A DNA stretch of 42,481 nucleotides from Gammaproteobacteria bacterium (GTDB taxonomy: Bacteria; Pseudomonadota; Gammaproteobacteria; SZUA-229). Below the pieces are notes generated by a model. It was not told where the DNA came from, did no database searches, and saw nothing but the letters and a program-made list of their open reading frames with translations. The DNA lies in NCBI GenBank assembly GCA_022712755.1, contig JAFLJY010000220.1, positions 1 through 42,481 of the forward strand. The letters run 5' to 3'. A program made the position numbers and the translations under genes. Below are positions 9,465 to 18,794 of this stretch, piece by piece (the stretch's first letter is position 1; every line of letters starts with the position of its first letter).

Positions 9465-10625
9465 ATGAAAGTTCTTATGTTATCACCGCACCCCTTTTAC
9501 CAGGAACGTGGAACATTGATTGCAGAGGATTTGGTCATGCGCGCATTAACTGAGCGCGGATACCAGATAGATTTGCTTACCTTTAATGAAGGCAGTGATG
9601 TTGATTATCCAGGATTAACCATACACCGGGTTAAGCCCATTCCAAAAATTGAAAATGTACGTCCGGGTTTTTCAATTAAAAAAGTTCTGCTGGACATTCT
9701 TGTTTTCTTTAAATTTATCGACCTCATGATTCGCAATCGATACCATGTGGTACATGCAGTAGAAGAGAGTGCGTTTATGGCGCTGTTGATCTGCCCATTA
9801 TTTAAAACGCCCTATATTTATGACATGGATTCTTCCATGACTACACAGATTCTTGATAAAGCAACGTTTCTCAGGCCGCTGGAAAGGGTATTGCGCTGGT
9901 TGGAATCCTTGCCCATGCGCCATGCTACTCTGGTTGTTCCTGTCTGCGATGCATTAGCGGATGATGTCGCGAAATATCGTTCAACGGGCATTCATGTTCT
10001 TAAAGACGTTTCGCTGGCAGACACTGGCAGTGAGCAACCCGCTTCGGTCATTGATATACGCCAAACTTATCAGGTTAAAGGAAAGATGTTTATGTATATC
10101 GGCAACCTTGAATCATATCAGGGTATTGATTTAATGCTTGATGCCTTTGCTCTCTATTGTCCCGAGTATGTTGAGTCACGCCTGATTATCATTGGTGGTG
10201 AGCAGGAGGATATAGAGCGCTATCAGTTCAAATGCCAGCAACTGTCTATTCAGCAGTCGGTCGTTTTTATGGGTAAACAGCCAGTCGCACAAATTGGCCA
10301 ATTTATGTCTCAGGCAGATATATTGTTGTCGCCACGAACACAGGGGGTGAATACACCAATGAAAGTGTATAGTTATCTTGATTCCGGCGTTGTTCTTTTA
10401 GCGACAGATCTACCGACACATACACAGGTTGCCGATTCCACTACAGCATATTTGTGTGCAGCCGATGAAAAATCATTTGCTGCTGGAATGGAAACACTGT
10501 CTATGGATGTTGATTTGTGCAAGGAACTTGCTGAAAACGCCAAAAAGCTGATTGCAAGGGAGCACAGCTACCCTGTATTTCGCTCAAGGTTGTATGATAT
10601 CTATGACAATTTTTCTACAGGATAA
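9465..10625 (+). CDS. GT4-family (GT-B fold) glycosyltransferase
   Basis: 'MKVLMLSPHPFYQERGT' start, a C-terminal 'FMGKQ...ADILLSPR...GVNTPMKVYSYLDSGVVLLATD' segment resembling the GT-B nucleotide-sugar binding region, and a 386-aa length. Confidence 0.8.
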   Translation: MKVLMLSPHPFYQERGTLIAEDLVMRALTERGYQIDLLTFNEGSDVDYPGLTIHRVKPIPKIENVRPGFSIKKVLLDILVFFKFIDLMIRNRYHVVHAVEESAFMALLICPLFKTPYIYDMDSSMTTQILDKATFLRPLERVLRWLESLPMRHATLVVPVCDALADDVAKYRSTGIHVLKDVSLADTGSEQPASVIDIRQTYQVKGKMFMYIGNLESYQGIDLMLDAFALYCPEYVESRLIIIGGEQEDIERYQFKCQQLSIQQSVVFMGKQPVAQIGQFMSQADILLSPRTQGVNTPMKVYSYLDSGVVLLATDLPTHTQVADSTTAYLCAADEKSFAAGMETLSMDVDLCKELAENAKKLIAREHSYPVFRSRLYDIYDNFSTG

Positions 10626-10635
10626 GTGGTGAGAG

Positions 10636-12327
10636 ATGGCAGATCAGTTAGCAGTAAATAATCGTCTTGAACAAATTGATACCGACTACCAGTTGGTTAT
10701 TGTTGGTGGCGGCGTTTATGGGGCGGCTTTGTGTTGGGAAGCTACGCATAGAGGGATTAAAACGCTTCTGGTTGAGCAGGATGATTATGCCTGTGGTGCT
10801 TCATCCAATAGCCTGAAAACGATACATGGTGGCTTGCGTTCATTGCAATCTTTAAATTTAAGTGCGGTCATTAAGGGTATACGTGAGCGCTCTATCTTTC
10901 TAAAAATCGCCCCGAACTATGTTAAGCCGCTGCACTGCATACTGCCCACCACTGGCTGGTTAATGAAGTCCAAAGCTGCGGTAGGCATGGGGTTTCTGCT
11001 CTATAACATGCTATGTCAAATAACCTCATTGTTTTCAGCAAATGACCGGAATTTACCTAATACTCGACTATTGTCCCTGAGTGAATTTCTCAGCCGAGCA
11101 TCCGGGATTAATGCACAAGGCATAACCGGCGGCGCATTGTGGTTTGACGCCCAGGTGACAAATACTGAAAGGCTGGTCTGGTTATTTATCAAGTCGGCAA
11201 TTAAAAAAGGAGCGGTCGCGATAAATCATACGATTGCGCTAAAGCTTAAACACGATCAATCTAATGGCAGGCATAGTGTATTAATTCGAGACCAGATAAC
11301 AGGCTTTGAGAAAACCGTAACAACGTCAACCATTGTTGACAGTAGCGCTGCCTGGAACTTTATAAAGCATTGCTTGCCAATGGCAGAGCAAAACGAGAAC
11401 CTTACTTTTTTAAAGTCGGTAAATATTATTGTTAAGAAAAAAATTTTTGATAATGCGGTAGGTGCGAGTGTTAAAGCAGAGAAAACAGGTAGTTCACGAT
11501 TGTATTTTCTCTCTCCATGGCGTGATTGCACAATGATCGGCACCTGGTATTCAAAGGTTGAAAACTACCCTGAGAACAGTTTTTCATCCGCTGAAGCAAG
11601 TGACTGTATCGATGAAATTAATACTCTTTTTAACCAAAAATTGCTGGATGTTGATGATATCTGTAATGTGCATATTGGTTTTTTACCAGCAAAAAATAAT
11701 CGGCATGACAACACATTATCTTTAGATCAGAATCTTTTGTCGAACTATCAGCTTAAAGACTGGTCAGGCTTGCCTGGTATGGATGGTGTGTACTCTTTGC
11801 GTGGCACAAAATATACGCTTGCACGTTATGACGTTAAACAGGTTATCGACAGGCTGGCAAAAACCATGAAATGGAAAGTTGCAGCATCACAGTCTGATCA
11901 TTTACCGATCTTTCAGGAGGCCACAGCGCCAGATCAAACCTACGCACTTTCGGATGAGGTTGTTAGCCATTTACTGATAAATTATGGTGCGGATGTTGAA
12001 CAGGTACTCGGTTATATCAAAAAAAATCCACAGTCAGCTGAGCTTATACCGGGTACGCAATATCACATCATGGCTGAAATATACTATGTGGTTTTTTATG
12101 AGCAGGCGTTAACATTGTGCGATTTACTCAAGCGCCGACTGGATATTGGCGATCGAGCGCTTCCCGAGTTAAAAACGGTGAACTATTGTGCGGCAATCAT
12201 GAAGGAATTATTATTGTGGTCAGACGATGTTTTTAAGGCGCAAATTTCTGAGTTATATGCTAGTTACCCCGAATTTCTAACACATCAAAGTACCGCTGTC
12301 GTAGATGAATATATGTCACATGCCTAA
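10636..12327 (+). CDS. FAD-dependent oxidoreductase, glycerol-3-phosphate dehydrogenase (GlpD/DAO)-like
   Basis: Dinucleotide fold 'VIVGGGVYGAALCWEATHRGIKTLLVEQDDYACGASSNSLKTIHGGLR', very GlpD-like. 563 aa. Confidence 0.8.
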   Translation: MADQLAVNNRLEQIDTDYQLVIVGGGVYGAALCWEATHRGIKTLLVEQDDYACGASSNSLKTIHGGLRSLQSLNLSAVIKGIRERSIFLKIAPNYVKPLHCILPTTGWLMKSKAAVGMGFLLYNMLCQITSLFSANDRNLPNTRLLSLSEFLSRASGINAQGITGGALWFDAQVTNTERLVWLFIKSAIKKGAVAINHTIALKLKHDQSNGRHSVLIRDQITGFEKTVTTSTIVDSSAAWNFIKHCLPMAEQNENLTFLKSVNIIVKKKIFDNAVGASVKAEKTGSSRLYFLSPWRDCTMIGTWYSKVENYPENSFSSAEASDCIDEINTLFNQKLLDVDDICNVHIGFLPAKNNRHDNTLSLDQNLLSNYQLKDWSGLPGMDGVYSLRGTKYTLARYDVKQVIDRLAKTMKWKVAASQSDHLPIFQEATAPDQTYALSDEVVSHLLINYGADVEQVLGYIKKNPQSAELIPGTQYHIMAEIYYVVFYEQALTLCDLLKRRLDIGDRALPELKTVNYCAAIMKELLLWSDDVFKAQISELYASYPEFLTHQSTAVVDEYMSHA

Positions 12328-13069
12328 AATAACAAATTATCCAGATTCTCCAGATATAGAATCTTCAACAAAGGATTATCAAAATAGATTTTCTGGTGCT
12401 GTTGGTGAATGGTTTGTTGATGTTCAAAGCCGGGCAACAAGAAACATTATTATGAAGCTTGGCGCAGGGAATTCGTTGAATGTGGCTGATGTAGGTGGAG
12501 GGCATGGCCAGAGTGTAGATCCTATATTAGATATGGGGCATCATCTTACAATAATTGCTAGTATTGACGAGTGTAAAAATATTATTAAACCGATCCTGGA
12601 TAAACAGTTGATTGAGTTTAAAGCAGCTAATATATTTGATATGCCATACAAGGATAACAGTTTTGATGTTGTCATAAGTTACAGAATGTTAGCGCATCTG
12701 CAAGATTGGGAAAAATATATTAAAGAGTTAGCAAGAATTAGTAGCAGGCTAGTGATTGTGGATTTTGCTTCTAAAAGAAGCGTCAATTTTTTTGCGAATG
12801 CTCTTTTTGGGCTTAAACAGAAAGTAGAAAAAAACACACGGCACTATAAATTATTTTTAGAAAAAGAAATTATTAAAGCTTTTGCTAGTCATGGTTTTGT
12901 TCCACTTTATAAAGTGGGGCAATTTGTGTTGCCGATGGCCTTGCATCGAGCAATGAATCAAAAGTTTCTTTCAATAGCTTTTGAGTCGGTATTTAAAATC
13001 ATTGGGTTTTCTTATTTATTCTCCTCTCCTGTCATCTTCGGATTTGTTAAAAAAGAGCAAGTTAAATAA
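12305..13069 (+). CDS. Class I SAM-dependent methyltransferase
   Basis: Motif I 'VADVGGGHG' and a downstream 'FDVVISYRMLAHL'. The start may be the ATG at 12320. Overlaps the end of the upstream gene. Confidence 0.75.
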   Translation: MNICHMPKITNYPDSPDIESSTKDYQNRFSGAVGEWFVDVQSRATRNIIMKLGAGNSLNVADVGGGHGQSVDPILDMGHHLTIIASIDECKNIIKPILDKQLIEFKAANIFDMPYKDNSFDVVISYRMLAHLQDWEKYIKELARISSRLVIVDFASKRSVNFFANALFGLKQKVEKNTRHYKLFLEKEIIKAFASHGFVPLYKVGQFVLPMALHRAMNQKFLSIAFESVFKIIGFSYLFSSPVIFGFVKKEQVK

Positions 13070-13116
13070 AGAGCAAGTTAAATAACTTATAAAAAATAAT
13101 ATTTTAGAGGTAAAAA

Positions 13117-14100
13117 ATGAAAGTTTTAGTAACAGGTGGCACAGGTTTTACAGGCAAAGCGCTTGTTAAGCGTCTATTGGATCAAGGACATGAAGTAGTA
13201 GCGTTAGATTACAAAGAAGGCATTGCAACAGAAGAGTTGAGGGAATGGGGTGCAGAAGTCGTTATAGGAAGTGTGGCTGATAAAGATATTGTCAATAAGT
13301 GTATGCAAGGAGTAGATATTGTACAACACCTGGCAGCGGCATTTAGAGAGCTGGATGTGCCCAATAGCTATTATGACGAGATAAATGTTGGTGGCACAAG
13401 AAACACGCTTGAAGCGGCTGAAAAGCAAAACGTTAAAAAGTTCATATATTGCAGTACCTGCGGGGTTCATGGGAATGTTGATAACCCGCCTGCTAACGAA
13501 GATGCTCCTATTAATGCTGCTGATTATTATCAACAAACCAAGTATGAAGCCGAGCCTTTAGTACATGAGTTTGCTGAAAGAGGGATGAAAACGGTGATTA
13601 CCAGACCAGCTGCAATATATGGCCCAGGTGACCCTGAAAGATTTTTCATGATTTTTAAGCGCGTTAACAATGGTTCCTTCCCCATGTTTGGTAGCGGTAA
13701 AACCTTGTATCATCCGCTGTATGTTGAAAACCTCGTGGACGCTCATATGCTTGCCATGGAACCGGGCAAGGGTGATGGCCAGACTTACCTGATTGCGGAC
13801 GAAGAATATGTAAGCATTGAAAATCTGGTGCAACGCGTAGGCAAGGCACTTAATGTGGATGTAAAGATACCACATTATCCTATATGGCCATTGATTATTG
13901 CAGGTCATGTATTTGAAAAAGCATACAAGCCGTTCAAAATAACCCCGCCCATTTTTCCGCGTCGTGTTGACTGGTACAGACAAAATAGAGCATTTGACAT
14001 TTCCAAAGCGAAAAAAGAGTTAGGTTATCAGCCAAAAGTCGGCCTGGATGAAGGTTTGAGTCTGACGGCAAAGTGGTATAAAAGTGAAGGCTATTTATAG
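13117..14100 (+). CDS. NAD-dependent epimerase/dehydratase (extended SDR)
   Basis: 'MKVLVTGGTGFTGKAL', and the 'YQQTK' catalytic YxxxK. Confidence 0.85.
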   Translation: MKVLVTGGTGFTGKALVKRLLDQGHEVVALDYKEGIATEELREWGAEVVIGSVADKDIVNKCMQGVDIVQHLAAAFRELDVPNSYYDEINVGGTRNTLEAAEKQNVKKFIYCSTCGVHGNVDNPPANEDAPINAADYYQQTKYEAEPLVHEFAERGMKTVITRPAAIYGPGDPERFFMIFKRVNNGSFPMFGSGKTLYHPLYVENLVDAHMLAMEPGKGDGQTYLIADEEYVSIENLVQRVGKALNVDVKIPHYPIWPLIIAGHVFEKAYKPFKITPPIFPRRVDWYRQNRAFDISKAKKELGYQPKVGLDEGLSLTAKWYKSEGYL

Positions 14101-14107
14101 GTGAGAA

Positions 14108-14857
14108 GTGGAAGAAAAATTCAAAAAAAGTCATGCCGCAGTAACCAGTAGTGGCTCTGCTCTGGCGAAATATCAGGATGTCATTGTAGGTGAGCGGTCT
14201 TTATTGACCCTGGTTTATTTTGAGTGGTGCATGTTCCTGGGCGTTATTCCAGGTGCGCTAGGACTTATACTGCGAAAAGTTTTCTGGCCGAGGCTTTTCG
14301 GATCATGTGGTCGCGGTGTACAGTTTGCTCAGAATATTATCCTTAGACATCCTAAAAGGATCCACCTTGGTCGCAATGTCGTTATAAGTGAGTTTTGTCT
14401 ACTTGATGCACGTACAGTCGCGAGTGAACGAGTGTTGATTCTAAGTGATGATGTCATACTTTCAAATAATGTAAGGATAGCCTGTAAGGACGGTGAGGTG
14501 TCCATTGGTGCCCGAACTGGGATTGGTGCTCTGACGAACATACAATCCACGAATCAGTGCCCGGTTTCGATTGGTGAAGATGTCATGATTGGTCCGGGAG
14601 GTTGTCTGGTAGGTGGTGGCGACTATAACGTTGATAGACTGGATATTCCGATGAATCAACAGGGGAAAAAACGGGACTCAGGTGCGTGCCTGGCATCTGA
14701 TGTTTGGTTAGGTGCTAATGTGACGGTTCTCGGTGGAGTTCAAATTGGTACTGGCAGTATAGTTGCCGCTGGCGCGGTAGTTACCCGATCAGTTCCGGAA
14801 CAATCAATAAATGCCGGTGTACCATCCAGGGTTGTAAAAATGCGTGGTGAACAATAA
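14108..14857 (+). CDS. Left-handed beta-helix (hexapeptide-repeat) acyl/acetyltransferase with an N-terminal membrane segment
   Basis: GTG start. Repeated [LIV]-G-x4 hexapeptides ('IGARTGIGALTNI', 'IGEDVMIGPGGCLVGG', 'VWLGANVTVLGGVQIGTGSIVAAGAVV'). Confidence 0.75.
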   Translation: MEEKFKKSHAAVTSSGSALAKYQDVIVGERSLLTLVYFEWCMFLGVIPGALGLILRKVFWPRLFGSCGRGVQFAQNIILRHPKRIHLGRNVVISEFCLLDARTVASERVLILSDDVILSNNVRIACKDGEVSIGARTGIGALTNIQSTNQCPVSIGEDVMIGPGGCLVGGGDYNVDRLDIPMNQQGKKRDSGACLASDVWLGANVTVLGGVQIGTGSIVAAGAVVTRSVPEQSINAGVPSRVVKMRGEQ

Positions 14858-14934
14858 AGGTTTATTATTTGGATTCGCATCTTGCTTTGCCGTTACCAGC
14901 AAAAAATCCTGGTATGACTATTCTTATGTAGGGA

Positions 14935-15885
14935 TTAGGCTTTATCTGAATTTTTATCCCAGCGATCGGTCAGTATCAGAACTCCCCCTGGCAAAGCGGC
15001 AGTAAAATGTACCGCATGACTTAATAAAGCAATAAGCAGAGCCTGTTCGACTGTCATGCCAATAAGGCTATACATAAATATTTGTAATGCAGTTGCCAGT
15101 CCCCAGCCGTCCAGTATGATGGCAATACGACGAATAAATTCAGTTATTGCAATAATGGCAATAAGTAGAAGCAGCGGCACGTCTACATTCAGTGTAATAG
15201 CAACACCACATTTAATAGCCAGTGCCAGGGCTGTTTCAAAAATAGCAATTAAAAAATTCCAGATTATTATTCGCCGCTGGTTTTTATAACTTGAGTAGGC
15301 TGTGGTTAATTTTTCAATGTACTTTCCTATTTTAAACCTGCTCAGTAGCAGAATAACCTTTTCTTGCATAACAGGGAGTAACGAAATCCATGTAACGAGT
15401 ATGGCGGTAACAGTAAGTCCAGTCAGGATATAAAATAGTGTGGCTGAATTCTCTTTGCCCAGATTAAACGTGATATAAAGCACACCTGCCCAGGCAAAGC
15501 TAATTGTTGAAAAAACACCAATAATTTTTTCCACGAACATGGAAGCTAGTACATCGTGGCTTTTTTCGAAGCTGGACAGTCTGGCTGCCTTATAAACCTC
15601 ACCACCAATAACTGTGGGTAGAGAATAACCAAGAAAAGTGGTGACATAATAAATTTTTAAAAACTGAAGGTAACCCGTTGTCATATTTAGCGCGGAACAT
15701 AAATGCATCCATTTTGCGGCCATAGTAAATCGGTCAACGGTAGCGAGGATGAGAAGAACAATAGCAGCAGACAGGCTAATCTTGTTCAGGTTATCAATGA
15801 ATGATTTAAAATCAACGGCAAAATATATTATGAATGCGAGCAGAATATAGCCGGCAAGGTGGAATAATTTGTATTTGTTTTTCAC
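14935..15885 (-). CDS. UPF0104 / lysylphosphatidylglycerol-synthase-TM-region-like ('flippase-like') integral membrane protein
   Basis: GTG start. About 8 TM helices. 'LPTVIGGEVYKAARL' matches the conserved P-x-GG-[DE]-x2-[RK]-A motif I associate with this family. Confidence 0.6.
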   Translation of the reverse strand: MKNKYKLFHLAGYILLAFIIYFAVDFKSFIDNLNKISLSAAIVLLILATVDRFTMAAKWMHLCSALNMTTGYLQFLKIYYVTTFLGYSLPTVIGGEVYKAARLSSFEKSHDVLASMFVEKIIGVFSTISFAWAGVLYITFNLGKENSATLFYILTGLTVTAILVTWISLLPVMQEKVILLLSRFKIGKYIEKLTTAYSSYKNQRRIIIWNFLIAIFETALALAIKCGVAITLNVDVPLLLLIAIIAITEFIRRIAIILDGWGLATALQIFMYSLIGMTVEQALLIALLSHAVHFTAALPGGVLILTDRWDKNSDKA

Positions 15886-16066
15886 GTATGTAGTTACAAA
15901 TAGCTTTTTATGCTACATGATATTGTTATAAATTTGGTGACAGGTGATAGCCGCATGTTGTGCAATATTTTTTACTTAGCAGTAGTGATTGGTCTTAATT
16001 GATTTTTTTAAAACTATATACTTGTACAATAAGAAATTGATTATAGTACTAAATGTTAAATAATTA

Positions 16067-16223
16067 GTAACTACTCAGCGTAATTTGAGAAAAGGACACA
16101 GGTTATTGATTTTTCAGGACGCTGTAAATACGTCCATGTACGCTCTACTGCAACATCCCTGTTGCAGAAGTCTGAAAAATCAATAACCTGCATCCTTACC
16201 TGGATAATACGCTGAGTAGTTAC
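16067..16223. mobile_element. 157-bp palindromic MITE-like element flanked by an 8-bp direct repeat
   Basis: Perfect 16-bp termini: GTAACTACTCAGCGTA at 16067-16082 and TACGCTGAGTAGTTAC at 16208-16223. An inner 26-bp stem pairs 16093-16118 with 16172-16197, with 2 mismatches. Two small central hairpins lie at about 16116-16135 and 16148-16167. AATAATTA abuts both ends (16059-16066 and 16224-16231). Confidence 0.55.
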
Positions 16224-16389
16224 AATAATTATTCCATTATTTCATCAGTCGCTTCCGCTAAAATTTCGTAACGGGTTAAATAAAGACATTTGTTGCATAA
16301 GGTCAAGGTGGCTACGTCCTATCGGTGTGCTAGTAAAAACCAGTAAAGAACTTTAATTGCCTGGTTGATACACTATACTACTATCTTTA

Positions 16390-17688
16390 TTGCATAAAAA
16401 TTTAATGAGTAAATATATGAGCAAAAAATCGACAAGGAAATCTCAGGATATTATCTCTATTCCTGTAGACCAAATATACAGCCAGGGCTCATTAACAAAT
16501 AATGCAAGACCTATAGGCTGGAAGGGCGAGTTTATAGATAACACGGCTCAAGATAGTAAACCCGCCACAATAAAGTTACCAGGATTAACAGCACCAGATA
16601 GAGTACCCACGGGTCTTGCTAAACAATGGCGTTTTGGAAAGACGCTGTTAAATTTACTGCGCAGACCGAAGATTGTGAAGGATCTGCCTATTCACCTTCA
16701 GATGGAGTCAACGGATGCCTGCAACTTAAACTGCACCACGTGCTCACGTGACATTTTTATAGATAAAGCAAAATTGCTTGATGAGAAAATCTGGAAAAAA
16801 GTCATTGATGAAATAGTCCCTACAAATATTAACGTATCCGGAATAGGTGAGCCTTTCCTGCATCCCGATATATTTGACATAGTTGGTTATGCAAAAAGCA
16901 AAGGGTCAATCATTAATTGCGCAACAAATTTCACTCGCATAGATGGACGTTACCGTGAAATTATTGATTCAGGAATAAGCCAGTTAAAAGTTTCCATCGA
17001 TTCTACCGATCGCGAAACATTTAAAGCGATTCGCGGTGAAGATTATTTTGATGAAATTATTGATAATGTCAGAAACATTGTGCATTTACGCGATGGCTTA
17101 AAAAAAGATGTGCCGGGAATAAGGTTTAATTTTGCGGTGCAGGCTCTAAATTACAAACAGGCACCCGGACTTATTGATCTGGCCGCTGAAGTAGGTGTGG
17201 AAGGTATCTATTTCCAATACCTTGAATATGTTGACATGGAAGATCGTAAGGGCATGTTAACTGGCGATATGACCAAAGAATCATTACTTGAAGTGTTAAA
17301 GGAAACAGAAAAAAGAGCCGAAGAAAAAGGCATTCTCACTAACCTGGATATCTGGTGGCGTGATTTTGATGTTTTCTGGAATAAAATGCAGCCGATAGCT
17401 GAATTTCAACCAAATAATAAGGCGTGTTATTTCCCATGGTTTAGCACCTGGCTTAGTGCCGATGGCTGGATTAGGCCCTGTCCTATTATGCCCTGGACCT
17501 TAGATGAAGGTCGAATGGGGAATTTAGCTGAACAAAGCTTTTCAGAAATCTGGAACGGTGCTAAATACCAGGAATTAAGAGCAGCGCTGGCGAGAGGCGA
17601 ACGTCCTACGCGTTCATGTAAAACATGTATTCCTCAGAGTTTGCATAACATCCTGTTCATGCGCTCCAAGCTTTTGCCAAAGAAATAA
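16390..17688 (+). CDS. Radical SAM enzyme with C-terminal SPASM/twitch-like Cys cluster
   Basis: 'ESTDACNLNCTTCSRD' is CX3CX2C. The C-terminal 'CYFPW...GWIRPCPIMPW...GNL...FSEIWNG...CKTC' is SPASM-like. The track start is TTG; ATGs at 16405 and 16417 are more likely. Confidence 0.85.
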   Translation: MHKNLMSKYMSKKSTRKSQDIISIPVDQIYSQGSLTNNARPIGWKGEFIDNTAQDSKPATIKLPGLTAPDRVPTGLAKQWRFGKTLLNLLRRPKIVKDLPIHLQMESTDACNLNCTTCSRDIFIDKAKLLDEKIWKKVIDEIVPTNINVSGIGEPFLHPDIFDIVGYAKSKGSIINCATNFTRIDGRYREIIDSGISQLKVSIDSTDRETFKAIRGEDYFDEIIDNVRNIVHLRDGLKKDVPGIRFNFAVQALNYKQAPGLIDLAAEVGVEGIYFQYLEYVDMEDRKGMLTGDMTKESLLEVLKETEKRAEEKGILTNLDIWWRDFDVFWNKMQPIAEFQPNNKACYFPWFSTWLSADGWIRPCPIMPWTLDEGRMGNLAEQSFSEIWNGAKYQELRAALARGERPTRSCKTCIPQSLHNILFMRSKLLPKK

Positions 17689-17742
17689 GGCGCAATTTTT
17701 GTATGAATCAGAATGTGAACATTTTTCAAAAGTGATTTTAAT

Positions 17743-17994
17743 ATGTCCAATACCATAGTACACGGGTTATCAATATTTGAGACAAGAGACGGCTTGTTTA
17801 AAATTCGTTCAACCATACGTGCAGGTCATGTTATGCCCGGACAGACATTGTCTTTTACCGCATCAGATGGTGAAGTACACACTTTAAAAGTCAAAGAATG
17901 TATAGATGGTCCAAGTCGGCATACAACCCTTATTGTTGATGGTGATGCCATTAGTGAGTTTAAAGGTGGCTATTATCTTTTTGGCTGTGATTGA
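17743..17994 (+). CDS. Hypothetical 83-aa protein (small beta-rich domain?)
   Basis: Free-standing ORF 55 bp downstream of the radical SAM gene on the same strand. No recognisable family. Ends '...KGGYYLFGCD'. Confidence 0.4.
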   Translation: MSNTIVHGLSIFETRDGLFKIRSTIRAGHVMPGQTLSFTASDGEVHTLKVKECIDGPSRHTTLIVDGDAISEFKGGYYLFGCD

Positions 17995-18155
17995 TGATAT
18001 ACAAGGTGATTTTGTTTTTTTATCTATAGTGCTAGCAAGTTAAGAAAAAACGTGAGATTACAGGTTTGGCGCAGCGTAAACAGACGATTATTTGTGGTAA
18101 ATTGTTGATTATTGGATTGCGTTATTGCTATCGCAAATTCAGCCTGTATAACCTA

Positions 18156-18581
18156 TCAGGCAGCTTCAAAACTCGCCTTTATATGATTGTTCGTTATGTC
18201 TTTCAGGTTGATGGAAACCGGACACAGCGCCATGCGTGCTGTAATCGAATCCACTTTGTCTTTAGTCGCTTCGCCTTTTTTCAGTTTGCCTTTGAATTCA
18301 ACATTCAGTGTTTGAATGCTTCTGTGTTCGTTGGTAATGACTGTTATTAATCCTTCGCTTGATTCCATTACCAGGTCGTATTCTGCCGCATTATTTCTAA
18401 AGAACATGTGCTGGCAGGTGAGTATGGCATACATAAAGGTATCGAAACCGGGGCTAGAGTTATTGATGGACAGCTTCTGCCAGTTGTTTGCAACCAAATG
18501 TTCAACATGTAACTGCTCAATATTGTTCTCGTCGCCGGTGTAATGGCAGTGCAGTAACATCTGGAAAGTTAAATCGTTCAT
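18156..18581 (-). CDS. OsmC/Ohr-family-like protein
   Basis: 141 aa with two spaced Cys in OsmC-like contexts ('FMYAILTCQHMFF' and 'ARMALCPVSINL'). Confidence 0.55.
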   Translation of the reverse strand: MNDLTFQMLLHCHYTGDENNIEQLHVEHLVANNWQKLSINNSSPGFDTFMYAILTCQHMFFRNNAAEYDLVMESSEGLITVITNEHRSIQTLNVEFKGKLKKGEATKDKVDSITARMALCPVSINLKDITNNHIKASFEAA

Positions 18582-18794
18582 TTTTTACTCATTTGGTCAA
18601 TTACAGGTATGTTTTTATACACTGGTTGTCGGCCAGATGGAAGGACATAAATCAAAGTTTAATTCTTTATGCCCGTTATAATAGAATGGTTAGCTGAGCA
18701 ACCTTGTTCAAATAATCGGAGCCATGCACTAACTAACTTAATCAGAACCTCCCGTGGACAAACGGTCTCTAATACAAATAAAAATTGTAGCCAC

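Noticed and set aside
16067-16223. Considered 6S RNA, a riboswitch or a retron msr/msd RNA for the 157-bp structured element
   Set aside because: It lacks the central-bubble architecture and the usual genomic context of 6S RNA. There is no adjacent reverse transcriptase for a retron. The near-perfect long stems plus the flanking 8-bp direct repeat fit a MITE better than a ligand-binding aptamer.
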